Positions 1 through 10,835 of a stretch of 64,000 nt of DNA are shown one piece after another. The notes under the pieces are model-generated. The model made no database searches. It worked only from the letters and a program-made list of their open reading frames with translations, and was not told the origin of the DNA. Position 1 is the stretch's first letter. Each line of letters starts with the position of its first letter. The DNA is from a virus, in the IMG/VR virus record IMGVR_UViG_3300030102_007788, positions 1 through 64,000 of that record; one strand, given 5' to 3'. The position numbers and the translations under genes were made by a program.

Positions 1-2
1 TG

Positions 3-2978
3 TGGGTAGACGCTTCCGGCAACAGAAAGATTAATGCTGGTACTACAGAGGTTTTTTCCTTTACTCATGCTGCTGTTGATATAAAGCAAGCTACAACATT
101 TAGCAGCGGCAGAGCTACATTTAGCGGCACGGCTGGTGCAGATGGAGTTGTTCTTGCGGGTGGTGAAAATAACAATATTTCAAGTAGGTTATTCTTTGAT
201 AATGGTACATCGGGAGAAGCGGTAACTATATTGAACAATACTGCTGGTATGGAGTTCAGGACAGGCGGTACACCGGGTTCTAGTAGCGGAACCACAAGGA
301 TGTATTTAAATTCTGCGGGTAATCTCGGCGTAGGAACAGGTAACCCTCCTCATAAATTATCTATTTACGGTACTGGGGCGGGGAAGGCTACTGTTCAAAT
401 TGAAGGAGAAGGTGGAGCTGATCCATATATAAATTTCCTTGTCAACAACACAACTCACTGGGCCGTGGGAGCTGATGATTCAGCTAGTGATTCTTTCAAA
501 ATAAGTCAACATAGCGCATTAGGTACTAATGATAGAATTACGGTCCTTAGCGGCGGAAGTGTTGGCATCGGAGTGGCAGACCCAGATCAATCACTAGAAG
601 TAGCGGGAGCTGTAAAATCTACAGGAGCTTATGGGTTCTATGCTGGAAGGGGAGATACGACATGGGCTTCATTTGGCTCAGGGGTTCCTACTATTTTATT
701 AAGAGGCTCACTTGATAACAGTAGAGCTGGCGCAGTTCAATTTAAAGAATACGACGGGACTGATACGGCGGCTATATATTCTACTGACGGAACAGATGGT
801 TATGGTCTAGTCATGGCGGCGTACCAAGGAGACATGAAGTTCGCTACTGGTTCATTGACTGGATATAAAATGGTTATTCTTAGCGGCGGAAGTGTTGGTA
901 TAGGGACAAATGCCCCAGTTACAAAACTTGATATTTGGGGAGGGACAGGAACTAGGCCAACTGATCCATTCGGTGGACAAAATCAATTATTTATATCTCA
1001 AGGTAGTACAGCTAACGCCGGAATAACTATTAGCGCAGATAATAATGGCGGAACTCAAATCTGTACATTTATCCAGTCAAACACTTCTGCTTCTGCGGCT
1101 TTAATAGGAACTCAAAGTAATCACGGGGCGCGGATAAGGACTAATAACACAGATAGAATTACAATAGCTTCCGGAGGAGCAATTACATTTAACAGTGCCT
1201 TTACTTTTCCAACTGCAGATGGCTCAGCTGGTCAAGTACTTACAACAGATGGTAGCGGTACTTTAAGTTTTACTTCAGCTGGAAGTGGTACAGTATCAGG
1301 TTCTGGAGCTAATGGTTATATATCTATTTGGACAAGTGCCAGTGCTTTAGGTAGTTCTGTTCTTTATCAAAATAATGGTCTTATTGGTGTTAGTACTACA
1401 AGTCCTGCGGCAAAATTGCATGTTAGCAACTCGGCTTCTTCGGGGGGTACTTTTAAATTTACTGATGGTTCTTCTCGGACATTAATGGATTTAGGCGGGG
1501 GAGTTTTGTCTTGGAACGCTGCATCTGTATTGGGGGCAGGAGCGTGGGCTGGTACTGCTGACCACGAGATAAAAACTCTTACCACTGCTAGAGATACAGT
1601 TTTGATAGCTGGCCCTTCTTCAGGAACAAACCATGCTTTATATGTAACGGGTCTAAAGAGTTATTTTGGTGGTAACGTCGGAATAGGAACTGTTGATCCT
1701 GACGGTAGGCTCCATGTCTATACGGGAAGCGCAGGGTCAACTACTCCTAATACTAACCATGATGATCTTACAATTGAAAGTTCTGGTAACGCTGGCCTTC
1801 AATTGTTTACCCCTGACGCAAATTACCAATACATTGCTTTCGGTAGTCCAGCGGGAGCAAATAGAGGTTATGTTCGCTACGGGCATAACGAGGAAGAAAT
1901 GGTTCTTAGAGCCGCGACTGTAGACATTTTAAAAATAAAAAGCACGGGAGTTGGTATCGGTACTACCCCGAACTCAAGTGCAAAACTAGAATCCTATATA
2001 ACAGGTGGCGGAGAAAAGGGACTACGCCTAAATAGTAATTTTTCAGGAGGTAATGCAGTTGATTTTATTCCTGCTGTCGTTGGGGTTTCAAACGCAGGAT
2101 TTAGTATAGACGTAGCTGGAACTACTAGATTCGTTATTAACGATGGCGGTAATGTAGGTATAGGAACTAATAGTGCATTAGACAAACTAGACGTATACGG
2201 AAGCGGTGCAGTATTTAGAAATCTTTCTGATAATGCTGATTCAGTACAAATTGTAAGAGGTACTGGCCATACAGCTAATCCCGACGCTAAGTTTTATATA
2301 TATGATAATTCAAGTGCAGATTGGGCCGCAAGAATTAACTTGGATGGAGCGAGTTATGGCTTAGATATTACAGGGGGAGCAGATTATTTCTTCCTTTGTC
2401 GTAAAGCTAGTGGCGATCATCTATTTTCAGTTCATGGAAGCCATACTACCGTTAATGACGGTGGAATTGATTATGATTTCAGGGTAGAAAGTAACAATGA
2501 TGATTACCTTCTATATACTGACGGCGGTAATGACCGCGTAGCCGTTTCGACAAACGCTCCTGCCGCTAAACTTCACGTCGAAGGCGATTTTAAAGTCGGC
2601 ACCACCAATAACGGTAACTGGATGGGTTATAAAGATGTAAGTTTAAATGGAAATACCTATACCACAGCTCTTACAATTAATTTAAACAACCATACCGGCT
2701 GCTATGTGAAGCTATTCTTAAGCGGCGATTGGAGCAGTCATAGTGCTGTAGCATTTGTCGGCGAATACTTTATACAAAACGGAAGCGACGCATATGCAGA
2801 GCCCGGAACAGTGATAAGTGAATTTGATAATACTAATACTGATTCAATTGAATCGAAAATAGTAGACCCAAGTAGTGATACGTTTACTATACAATTAAAA
2901 TTAAGCACCGCTGCTAACGGAACACTGGGAGGTAAACTAAGTTACCACGTGATGGGAATGGCAACGGCAGTATCATAA
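3..2978 (+). CDS. Tail fibre protein (GNVGIGT-repeat type), 5'-truncated by the window edge
   Basis: The frame is open from position 3 (WVDASGNRKINAGTT...) into the 231..2978 ORF, so the TTG at 231 is not the real start. It has many G[NS]VGIGT..P..KL repeats, is Gly/Ser/Thr-rich and lies next to tail genes. Confidence 0.85.
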   Translation, partial: WVDASGNRKINAGTTEVFSFTHAAVDIKQATTFSSGRATFSGTAGADGVVLAGGENNNISSRLFFDNGTSGEAVTILNNTAGMEFRTGGTPGSSSGTTRMYLNSAGNLGVGTGNPPHKLSIYGTGAGKATVQIEGEGGADPYINFLVNNTTHWAVGADDSASDSFKISQHSALGTNDRITVLSGGSVGIGVADPDQSLEVAGAVKSTGAYGFYAGRGDTTWASFGSGVPTILLRGSLDNSRAGAVQFKEYDGTDTAAIYSTDGTDGYGLVMAAYQGDMKFATGSLTGYKMVILSGGSVGIGTNAPVTKLDIWGGTGTRPTDPFGGQNQLFISQGSTANAGITISADNNGGTQICTFIQSNTSASAALIGTQSNHGARIRTNNTDRITIASGGAITFNSAFTFPTADGSAGQVLTTDGSGTLSFTSAGSGTVSGSGANGYISIWTSASALGSSVLYQNNGLIGVSTTSPAAKLHVSNSASSGGTFKFTDGSSRTLMDLGGGVLSWNAASVLGAGAWAGTADHEIKTLTTARDTVLIAGPSSGTNHALYVTGLKSYFGGNVGIGTVDPDGRLHVYTGSAGSTTPNTNHDDLTIESSGNAGLQLFTPDANYQYIAFGSPAGANRGYVRYGHNEEEMVLRAATVDILKIKSTGVGIGTTPNSSAKLESYITGGGEKGLRLNSNFSGGNAVDFIPAVVGVSNAGFSIDVAGTTRFVINDGGNVGIGTNSALDKLDVYGSGAVFRNLSDNADSVQIVRGTGHTANPDAKFYIYDNSSADWAARINLDGASYGLDITGGADYFFLCRKASGDHLFSVHGSHTTVNDGGIDYDFRVESNNDDYLLYTDGGNDRVAVSTNAPAAKLHVEGDFKVGTTNNGNWMGYKDVSLNGNTYTTALTINLNNHTGCYVKLFLSGDWSSHSAVAFVGEYFIQNGSDAYAEPGTVISEFDNTNTDSIESKIVDPSSDTFTIQLKLSTAANGTLGGKLSYHVMGMATAVS

Positions 2979-2987
2979 GGATTTATA

Positions 2988-5900
2988 ATGGCAGATAAAA
3001 CTATACCAGCGTTAAAGATTTTAAGAGGAAAAGTCGGTATAAATATCGCAACGCCCACTCAACAGTTACATGTTAACGGCGAAGCGTTTATTTCTACGGG
3101 TTCAACAAGTGTCCGTACTTTGAGCGGCATATTTAAAGCTGACACTATAGAAAACAGCGCTGGCGCTTCTAACTTGAAACTTCAAACTGAAGCTGGGGGA
3201 AATAAACATATTGAGATAACTCCTAACGGTACAGGTAATGTTGGAATAGGCACAAATACTCCGAGCAAATTATTAGAGCTATACGGTGGAGGTTTAAGAT
3301 TACCAAATGGTAATTCTATAGATTGGAATAATGAGAATACTAGAATATTAGCCTCTCATGCCTCACAGTATATTCGGTTTGACGTAGGGGGAACGTCCAA
3401 TGTTTTATACGCTACTCCTACTTACGTTAGTTTTACTCCAAAATTGATAGCGGGTTCTAGCTCTACTACTGGTGGCTCATGGTTGGAGAAGAATTATACT
3501 GGGGCTAATAAACTTAACGTACTTTCGTCTAAATATTCCAGCGGAAACACTATTATAGGTTACGGCGCAAAAGGAAAAAGTGGTAGTGGTGGATATGTGG
3601 CTACCTATGGAAACTTTTCTGGTAAAAAATCTATTATAGAATTAAGTGCCAGCACTCTTTATTTTAAAGTAACCGATTCAGCAGCGCAGGATACTATTGG
3701 CGATGACATAACCTTAAACCAACGGTTGGCCGTTGATAAGGATTCTATGACATTCACCTCGTCTGGTGGGACTGGGTTGATTGTTAATCGGACATCGGCT
3801 ACTGCTTATCTCCAATTATTTCCATCGTATTCCAACGTCCCAACTATTATGGGTAAAGGGGCGGGAGGTTTGCATCTTAGCTATAACTCAAGCACTAGCG
3901 GCATTCGGATTGACACTAGTAATAACGTAATTATAAAAGATAATATACTTTATTTTGGCAGTACCGCTGGAGGTTTTGTTTATAATGACTCTGGAGTAAT
4001 GAGGGTTTCTGGTGACGCAGGGATAAAGCTTCAAACGTATGTTGGCGGTTGGCAAGATAGGTTAGTTATTTTAGATGACGGAAATGTTGGTATAGGAACT
4101 GATGGCCCAGCTAAAAAGCTAGAAGTCAACTTCACTGGTGATGATGGGCTGCAGGTTCAAAACACAGGTAGTAGTCATGCAAGTATATGGCTTGAGGGCG
4201 GAACCGGAGGGGTTGGCGGTGCCTACTTGAGGCTAACCTCTAGGGACGGCACGAATACTATGACCCATTGGATAAACTTACAAAGCAATGGGAATTTAGT
4301 TTTTAGGCCTGCTGCAACAGGAACTGCGGCAAATCAAATTATTTTTAACCAGAACGGCTCGATTGGCGTAGGTGGAACCCCGCCAAGTGGCTATAAATTT
4401 TATGTAAACGGGCTCACTCACTTAAACTCCGGGGTCCTTATCGGAGACTCTTCGAACACAGGCACAACTTTAACAATAAGAGCTCAAAATACTTCCGGTG
4501 CCCCTGCCGCTACAGCTAAAATTATAATGCAGGGTTATGAGGGAAGGGGGATTGGCACATTCTACGAGGACTCTTCCTATTCCGGTGAGCAGTGGTTTTG
4601 CGGAATGAATTACTCTGGAAGTTTCAATAGCTGGAACGTTGGTTATGACGCTTCTGGTGACCAAGCTGAATATGTTGCTAATACCTTATTGCAACTACAT
4701 TATACGGGTAAACTTCAGCTTTACGCTTATGGCTCTGGAACTCATACAGGAACTGCCGCTTACAAATTAGCCGTTGACTCAAGTGGTAATATAATTGAAA
4801 CCGCAGTTGGCTCCGGTCAAGTCGATGGTTCAGGCACAGCGAATTATGTAACTAAGTGGACTGATGGGGACACAATTGGCAACTCTAGCATCTTTGATAA
4901 TGGTAGCGTCGGAATAGGTACGAATAACCCTTCCTGCTTATTACAACTGGGAACTGATGGGGTGCAAGGTGGTGCATCTTTGGCCATTCGCAGAAATGGT
5001 GACTCTATTAATTTTGGTCATGTTAACGGAGCTGGATATGGTTCTGTCATTGGTTGTTCATCAAACAATGGATATCCACATATTGGATTCATGTGTGAAG
5101 CGGGAACGAATAATAATACATTCAGAACTCGCGGCTTAAAAGGTAATGTTATTTATACTAACACAAGCGGCACATTAATCTTTGGACAAGTAACAAATGC
5201 TAATGCAGATAACCAATCCGTAACGACCAGAGTCGCAATTGAATCTGACGGTGACGCTTACTTTTATGGTGGTAACTGGTTTTGTAACTATAACAACAGT
5301 ACTAATGTTAGTAATGGCGGATTATATATAAATAGAGGAGGGGGTCTTCACGCATATGCTTTAGCGGCTGCAAGGTCTGGTACTGGATTAGGCGGCGTTG
5401 ATTTTTGGGATTACCATGGCGTGGGTCTAGTATTTGGCCCCGATTCAAGTACTAAAGTTTTAACTGTTAAAAGTAATATTGGCATTGGAACAACTGATCC
5501 CGGATACAAGCTAGAAGTCAAAGCTTCAGTTACTGGCAATTGGCTTTCAAGGATATATAATACGGCTACCAGTGGGAACTCAAGTGGGCTGCTGGTGCGA
5601 ATGGATGAGCCGGGAAGTACGGGTATAGCTTTTGGGGTTTATGCAAATGGGGGCTATAAGTTTAGAGTCGAGCCAGACGGTGAGGTTCAGATATTGAGCG
5701 GAGCGGCTTATACCACGCACTTAAATTACCAAAACTCAGGCACTCACTACATAACTATGGCTAATGGCGGGTATACTTACTTTAGGGGCTCTAGCAACAG
5801 TATAACTACCATGACGGTTACGGGGGCTGGGAAGGTTGGGATATTAGACTCTAGTCCTCAAACCACTTTAGCTGTAAACGGAGAGGCAAGTTTCGGTGAT

Positions 5901-7733
5901 GGAGCTAGATTAAGTTTAATTGGATTAAATATAGCTTCTAGCGCCGCGAGCCCGAATATTAAAATTAGAACAAAAATTCCTTTCGCTTTGGGTGGCGCTG
6001 ATTTTACCGTTAATATTAAAGGTTTTATTTATGGTAATCAGGAGACAGCTAACCTGACGGTATGCTGGCATTATTACAATAGCACTTTCTATAATGCTAC
6101 CTGTAGTTCTGCTGGCAGCTGGGCACCCACTATTCAACTATCCGCTGAAGATTGGGACTCGTCTGGAACTAAGAAGGTTTGTATTTGTCTTAGCACCCCG
6201 GGTTATTGGGTCAAAATGTACGTGGAAAGCATGTTTAGTAATAATTATAATGACGCTTATGCTGATGGATGGACTTGGGTTGACGGGACTGCCTCTGGCA
6301 CAGGTAATGATTTAGCGTCGCTTTCTTACCGATCTGATTTCGGTAATAACTTCAAAATGTTAAGTAATGGATGTGTCGGCATAGGGGGAGGCATATTAAC
6401 TAATGCACAATTAACTGTTAATGGTGCGGTGGCTATTGGCGACACCGCTTACCAATCCAACATGAATGGCGGTAATGCCGATTTTTCAGTAGACTGTAAT
6501 GGTACTCCTCAAATTAGTTGGCTAAGTAATTACCTTCAGGTAGGTGGAACCAATCAAAACTGGGACATGAGGATGTCCACCAGCCTACTGCAAACGTATA
6601 GTAGTAATCTTACTATCACAGCAGGTGGTACAGGAACAACTTATAAGCTTTATCTTGGCACCAACGGCCAAACACAAACAATCACATGTAATAATGGAAG
6701 CGTTGGCATAGGGACAAATGCCCCTAAATCAAAACTGTTTGTAGCCAGCGGTGAACTCATGGTTGATTACGGTAGCGGCGGTTCTAATGGTGGGGCTGCT
6801 ATGCGTATTGCAACTAATTCTAATGAAGCGTTCATCCAAAGTAATGCTTATTATGATTCTAGTCTCAAACATGCTCGTGCCCAAGCAAGCTCGTTAATCG
6901 CTTTTAAATTAGATGCTACTAGGGGTGGTGACATTGTGTTTCAAACCGCCCCGTCGGCCTCCGCTGATGCTAATATGACGTTAACCGAGAGGATGACGAT
7001 CAAGAGAGCTGGTAACATTGGTATAGGAACAACTGATCCCGATTCTTTATTGATGGTTTATAAATCATCGGCGGATTCAATAGTTCATGTAAGGGGAGCA
7101 AATAGCGGAGCGGATGCTAGAGTCAGAATTAACGGCTATAATAGCTCAGAGCTTTATATTGACAGAAACGGAGTAGGTCGATTCGCTTTTAGACGGACAA
7201 CTGGAACAGATGATCTTTCACTTCTTAAATTAAACGATAATTATTCAGATAATTCCACAATTATGTTCTGGGATTATAGTAGTGGCAACGTTGGTATAGC
7301 ATCAGCTAGTCCCGCAGCTACGCTTGATGTAAAACAGGGAACTGCAACCAATAACAACAAATTAATGAAAGTCGCTGATGATGTTCTCAGCGTCTATAAA
7401 GTAACCAGTCTTTCAAATCACACAGTAACTTTAACTTGCGGTTCTTACTTCCAAGCGGAAGTAGTGATCACCGCGAACCAAACAAACGGCGGTACATATA
7501 ATAATTTATATATTAGAGGTATTTGGTCTAATAACCATCACTCTCATCATTGGGATGAAATAGAAAACATTGGCAGCTTGTCAGGCAGCAGTTTTTCAAT
7601 TGCTGTATCTGCAAATGATGTAAGTAATTCTGGAAAGCTAGTAATCACTCACACATATTCTAGTGGGAGTTTTTCTCAAATGGTGGTTAGGGTAACAGAT
7701 CTCTTTGGGGTACATTCATATTCAATAACTTAA
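2988..7733 (+). CDS. Long tail fibre protein (GNVGIGT repeats), 1581 aa
   Basis: Repeated GNVGIGTxxP modules, an AAGGA RBS upstream, and a C-terminal beta-rich domain. Confidence 0.85.
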   Translation: MADKTIPALKILRGKVGINIATPTQQLHVNGEAFISTGSTSVRTLSGIFKADTIENSAGASNLKLQTEAGGNKHIEITPNGTGNVGIGTNTPSKLLELYGGGLRLPNGNSIDWNNENTRILASHASQYIRFDVGGTSNVLYATPTYVSFTPKLIAGSSSTTGGSWLEKNYTGANKLNVLSSKYSSGNTIIGYGAKGKSGSGGYVATYGNFSGKKSIIELSASTLYFKVTDSAAQDTIGDDITLNQRLAVDKDSMTFTSSGGTGLIVNRTSATAYLQLFPSYSNVPTIMGKGAGGLHLSYNSSTSGIRIDTSNNVIIKDNILYFGSTAGGFVYNDSGVMRVSGDAGIKLQTYVGGWQDRLVILDDGNVGIGTDGPAKKLEVNFTGDDGLQVQNTGSSHASIWLEGGTGGVGGAYLRLTSRDGTNTMTHWINLQSNGNLVFRPAATGTAANQIIFNQNGSIGVGGTPPSGYKFYVNGLTHLNSGVLIGDSSNTGTTLTIRAQNTSGAPAATAKIIMQGYEGRGIGTFYEDSSYSGEQWFCGMNYSGSFNSWNVGYDASGDQAEYVANTLLQLHYTGKLQLYAYGSGTHTGTAAYKLAVDSSGNIIETAVGSGQVDGSGTANYVTKWTDGDTIGNSSIFDNGSVGIGTNNPSCLLQLGTDGVQGGASLAIRRNGDSINFGHVNGAGYGSVIGCSSNNGYPHIGFMCEAGTNNNTFRTRGLKGNVIYTNTSGTLIFGQVTNANADNQSVTTRVAIESDGDAYFYGGNWFCNYNNSTNVSNGGLYINRGGGLHAYALAAARSGTGLGGVDFWDYHGVGLVFGPDSSTKVLTVKSNIGIGTTDPGYKLEVKASVTGNWLSRIYNTATSGNSSGLLVRMDEPGSTGIAFGVYANGGYKFRVEPDGEVQILSGAAYTTHLNYQNSGTHYITMANGGYTYFRGSSNSITTMTVTGAGKVGILDSSPQTTLAVNGEASFGDGARLSLIGLNIASSAASPNIKIRTKIPFALGGADFTVNIKGFIYGNQETANLTVCWHYYNSTFYNATCSSAGSWAPTIQLSAEDWDSSGTKKVCICLSTPGYWVKMYVESMFSNNYNDAYADGWTWVDGTASGTGNDLASLSYRSDFGNNFKMLSNGCVGIGGGILTNAQLTVNGAVAIGDTAYQSNMNGGNADFSVDCNGTPQISWLSNYLQVGGTNQNWDMRMSTSLLQTYSSNLTITAGGTGTTYKLYLGTNGQTQTITCNNGSVGIGTNAPKSKLFVASGELMVDYGSGGSNGGAAMRIATNSNEAFIQSNAYYDSSLKHARAQASSLIAFKLDATRGGDIVFQTAPSASADANMTLTERMTIKRAGNIGIGTTDPDSLLMVYKSSADSIVHVRGANSGADARVRINGYNSSELYIDRNGVGRFAFRRTTGTDDLSLLKLNDNYSDNSTIMFWDYSSGNVGIASASPAATLDVKQGTATNNNKLMKVADDVLSVYKVTSLSNHTVTLTCGSYFQAEVVITANQTNGGTYNNLYIRGIWSNNHHSHHWDEIENIGSLSGSSFSIAVSANDVSNSGKLVITHTYSSGSFSQMVVRVTDLFGVHSYSIT

Positions 7734-7737
7734 AATC

Positions 7738-10700
7738 ATGGGAATAGCAACGCAAACATCAGATGGATTAAAATTTAGCACAACGTACATGTACGTTAAG
7801 AATAGCTCGGGCACCACTTTAGCTGCATTTAAGAGCGATGGTAGTGTTGGTATAGGTACTGGAACTCCAGCAGCAAGGCTAGATGTTAGAGGTGCACTTG
7901 GGGCAAATGGCACAGCAGTAGTTACCTCTTATTTTGCAAATGTTACATCCGGGGCTACAAGTTCAGCCATATACATTGGGGCAAGCTCTGGTACTGATTG
8001 GAAGATTGGTAAAAACGTAACTGGCATAACGAGTAATACTAATTTCAGCATTTCTGACCATGCCAATAATAGATTTCTTGATATAAATTCTAATGGTAAC
8101 ATCGGCATAGGAACGACAGATCCGGCTTTTAGACTGCATGTTGCTGGCGGCGATGTAAGACTTACCACTTATTCCAATTCGGTTTATTTCGGATCAGCAA
8201 GGCTGCTAGGTTACGACTCGTCTACTGCTGGCAATTTGTGGATAATAGGCGGCTCAGGAGGGGCGAGTGGCTCATGCCGTGTTACTTTGGGAACGGTCTG
8301 GAGTTGGGATACAAGTTGTGATTTTCACTATGCTCCCGGCACTTACGGAGCGGGAACTGGCATACTGTCAATTGGACAGCAGGTAAAAAACAACACTAAT
8401 TTTACCCACGGAATAACTCGCTTTTATACAAAAGGAGCAGAGCAGGTCCGCATAAATGTTGATGGTAATGTTGGAATAAACACTACAAGTCCATCAGCAA
8501 AATTACATATCCAAAGCGACGGATCACATGACGAAGGGGCAGAAATAGTATTAAGGCATGCTAACAACAATACCACTGATATCGTTTCTACGTTATCATT
8601 TCAAAATAATGGTGGGCAGGTAGCAATGATTCAGGCGGGGACTACAGGCGCTAATAATACTGGTTATATTTCATTCTTCGCAGACAGCGCCGGGACGTCT
8701 GGAGAAAGAATGCGTATCCAAGGTAATGGTTACGTCGGAATAGGTACAGCCACAGCTTACTCACCTTTACAGGTTTATAGTTCAGCCGACCAAAAAATAC
8801 TGTTAAGTGGTTCGGCTAATCCATATATCCGTTGGCAAAATGGAGGCTCTAACCGCGCTTATATTCGGTGGATTGAAGGAGGCGCTAACTCTGCATTGAC
8901 GTTTGTTAATTCCTTAAGTGACAATTTTGATTTTCTTCCTCATGCTAATACAGGGGCACTAGCACTGAGGTTAAGGGGTAATGATAGTGATGTTTGGGGT
9001 TACGTTTACGCAGAAGAAGGAAGTGGTGCAGCTCATACCGTAGGTTTTCTAGATGGCGATGGAGCTTGGGCAGCTCAACACGTAAAAGACACTTCTTGGG
9101 ACTTTAGAATTAATAATGACTCCAAGATGTTCATTAACAGCAACGGTAGTGTTGGCGTAGGGGCAAATTCTCCAAATAAAACATTAGAAGTCAGATATGT
9201 AAGCACTTCTACTGATGTTACTGCAGAAGGTTTAGGTGGAGGTTCAGCGGGCAAAGGCCTACTAATTTACAACAACAATCAAAGTAATAATAATGTTTAC
9301 GCCAACTTAGATTTTAGAGCAAGAAATGCTGACGGGAGAATCGCTTATCAATATCAAACTGCTGCAAATACAGGAGATTTTCATTTTATAACTGATAATA
9401 CTAACTCACCTCAGAGCATGATGACTATTAAAAATGATGGAGAAGTTAGACTCGTCAATAAGTTATTAGTTCAAAATAGTAGTTCTAGCTCTGAAATTAA
9501 CATTTATAAAAGCGCAGGAAGTAATACTGATTCGGCAATTTTAAGGGTAGGGTATGATTCAGCCAGTTCATTTGCTATTAGCAGGCAACAAGGCAGCAGC
9601 GCCATATACCTTAATTCAGGGCAATCTGGCTCAACTGTTTACCATCAAATTGCTAGCTCTACTAAGATGACTGTTAATGCAACTGGTGTTGGCGTTGGAA
9701 CCGTTTCTGCCTCTGGCCGTTTACATGTTTATAGGACCGCAGACACCGTTCCGGGATTGCTACTTGGTGCTAACCGCGATGGAGCTAGAGTTAATTTCAA
9801 CTATCTTGGGAATACAGCTACTCTAGGTGAAATTGGAATGACTTATTATGGCGGAAATGGAGATTGCCAAATTTGGATGGGGGCAAACTTAAACTCTAAT
9901 TCTAGTAGCCATTCTGGTCCGACAGTTGGGGTCGCTGGGACAAGCGCTTCATCTTGGTATACAGTATGGAATACTCAGACCGCTTCAGATTTTTATGGCA
10001 TCTACCGCAGAGCCCCGAGCCCTTCTTCTAGTTATGAAAATTACTTTAGAATCAAATCAGATGGAAACGTTGGTATTAATACTACAAATCCGACTGACAG
10101 ACTTCATGTAAGAAGTGTCCAAGCTGCAGGTTACGATGGCTCAAATTTAGCTACTTTAAGTTTGGAAACTTACAATAGTAATAACAGTAGCTATGGATCT
10201 TATGTTAAATGTAAGAATTTTGGAGGAGGAGGCGGTGGTCCCGATTGGAAAATAGGAGGTATGGAAGGATATTGGACTACCAATAAGGTCGCCAGTATTG
10301 ATTTCATAACGGGTGATGATTGGTACAACCCCGGAAACAAAGATGAAGGAGAAATAGCATTTACTGTTTATAACAATACCGGTAGTGGTAGCACCGCGAT
10401 AGAAGCCATGAGGATCCATCAGACCGGTAACATTGGAATAGGATCAACTAATCCGGGTTCTAGACTAACCGTAAATGGATCTTTCTCGGCTTCTTCAAAA
10501 TCTTTCTTAATTGACCACCCAACTAAAGAAAATAAAAAATTAGAACATGGCTGCTTAGAAGGTCCAGAATTTGGAGTTTACCATAGAGGAACAACTCAAT
10601 CAAATACGATTACTTTGCCGGATTACTGGTCTGGCCTTGTCCGAGAAGGCACGGTTACAGTTCAACTCACGCCAAAAGGTTCATTCCAGCATTTATATGT

Positions 10701-10824
10701 AGTTAGTCAGTCATTAACTGAGATAGTAATCGGCGCTGCTGGCGGCGAAACAATTAACTGTTTCTACACGATTTATGGGGAAAGAGCTGATATAGATAGC
10801 CTCGTGGTTGAAAAAGATGTGTAA
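7738..10824 (+). CDS. Tail fibre protein with C-terminal chaperone-like domain
   Basis: GNVGIGT repeats. The C-terminal SKSFLIDHP...LEGPE.GVY.RG...LPDYW..LV...TVQLTP domain is typical of aquatic phage fibres. Confidence 0.85.
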   Translation: MGIATQTSDGLKFSTTYMYVKNSSGTTLAAFKSDGSVGIGTGTPAARLDVRGALGANGTAVVTSYFANVTSGATSSAIYIGASSGTDWKIGKNVTGITSNTNFSISDHANNRFLDINSNGNIGIGTTDPAFRLHVAGGDVRLTTYSNSVYFGSARLLGYDSSTAGNLWIIGGSGGASGSCRVTLGTVWSWDTSCDFHYAPGTYGAGTGILSIGQQVKNNTNFTHGITRFYTKGAEQVRINVDGNVGINTTSPSAKLHIQSDGSHDEGAEIVLRHANNNTTDIVSTLSFQNNGGQVAMIQAGTTGANNTGYISFFADSAGTSGERMRIQGNGYVGIGTATAYSPLQVYSSADQKILLSGSANPYIRWQNGGSNRAYIRWIEGGANSALTFVNSLSDNFDFLPHANTGALALRLRGNDSDVWGYVYAEEGSGAAHTVGFLDGDGAWAAQHVKDTSWDFRINNDSKMFINSNGSVGVGANSPNKTLEVRYVSTSTDVTAEGLGGGSAGKGLLIYNNNQSNNNVYANLDFRARNADGRIAYQYQTAANTGDFHFITDNTNSPQSMMTIKNDGEVRLVNKLLVQNSSSSSEINIYKSAGSNTDSAILRVGYDSASSFAISRQQGSSAIYLNSGQSGSTVYHQIASSTKMTVNATGVGVGTVSASGRLHVYRTADTVPGLLLGANRDGARVNFNYLGNTATLGEIGMTYYGGNGDCQIWMGANLNSNSSSHSGPTVGVAGTSASSWYTVWNTQTASDFYGIYRRAPSPSSSYENYFRIKSDGNVGINTTNPTDRLHVRSVQAAGYDGSNLATLSLETYNSNNSSYGSYVKCKNFGGGGGGPDWKIGGMEGYWTTNKVASIDFITGDDWYNPGNKDEGEIAFTVYNNTGSGSTAIEAMRIHQTGNIGIGSTNPGSRLTVNGSFSASSKSFLIDHPTKENKKLEHGCLEGPEFGVYHRGTTQSNTITLPDYWSGLVREGTVTVQLTPKGSFQHLYVVSQSLTEIVIGAAGGETINCFYTIYGERADIDSLVVEKDV

Positions 10825-10835
10825 TTTTAAAAAAG

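Noticed and set aside
1-10824. Diversity-generating retroelement or invertible shufflon acting on the fibres
   Set aside because: No reverse transcriptase, no ~100-bp TR/VR pair differing at adenines, and no invertase or inverted crossover sites were seen in the window.
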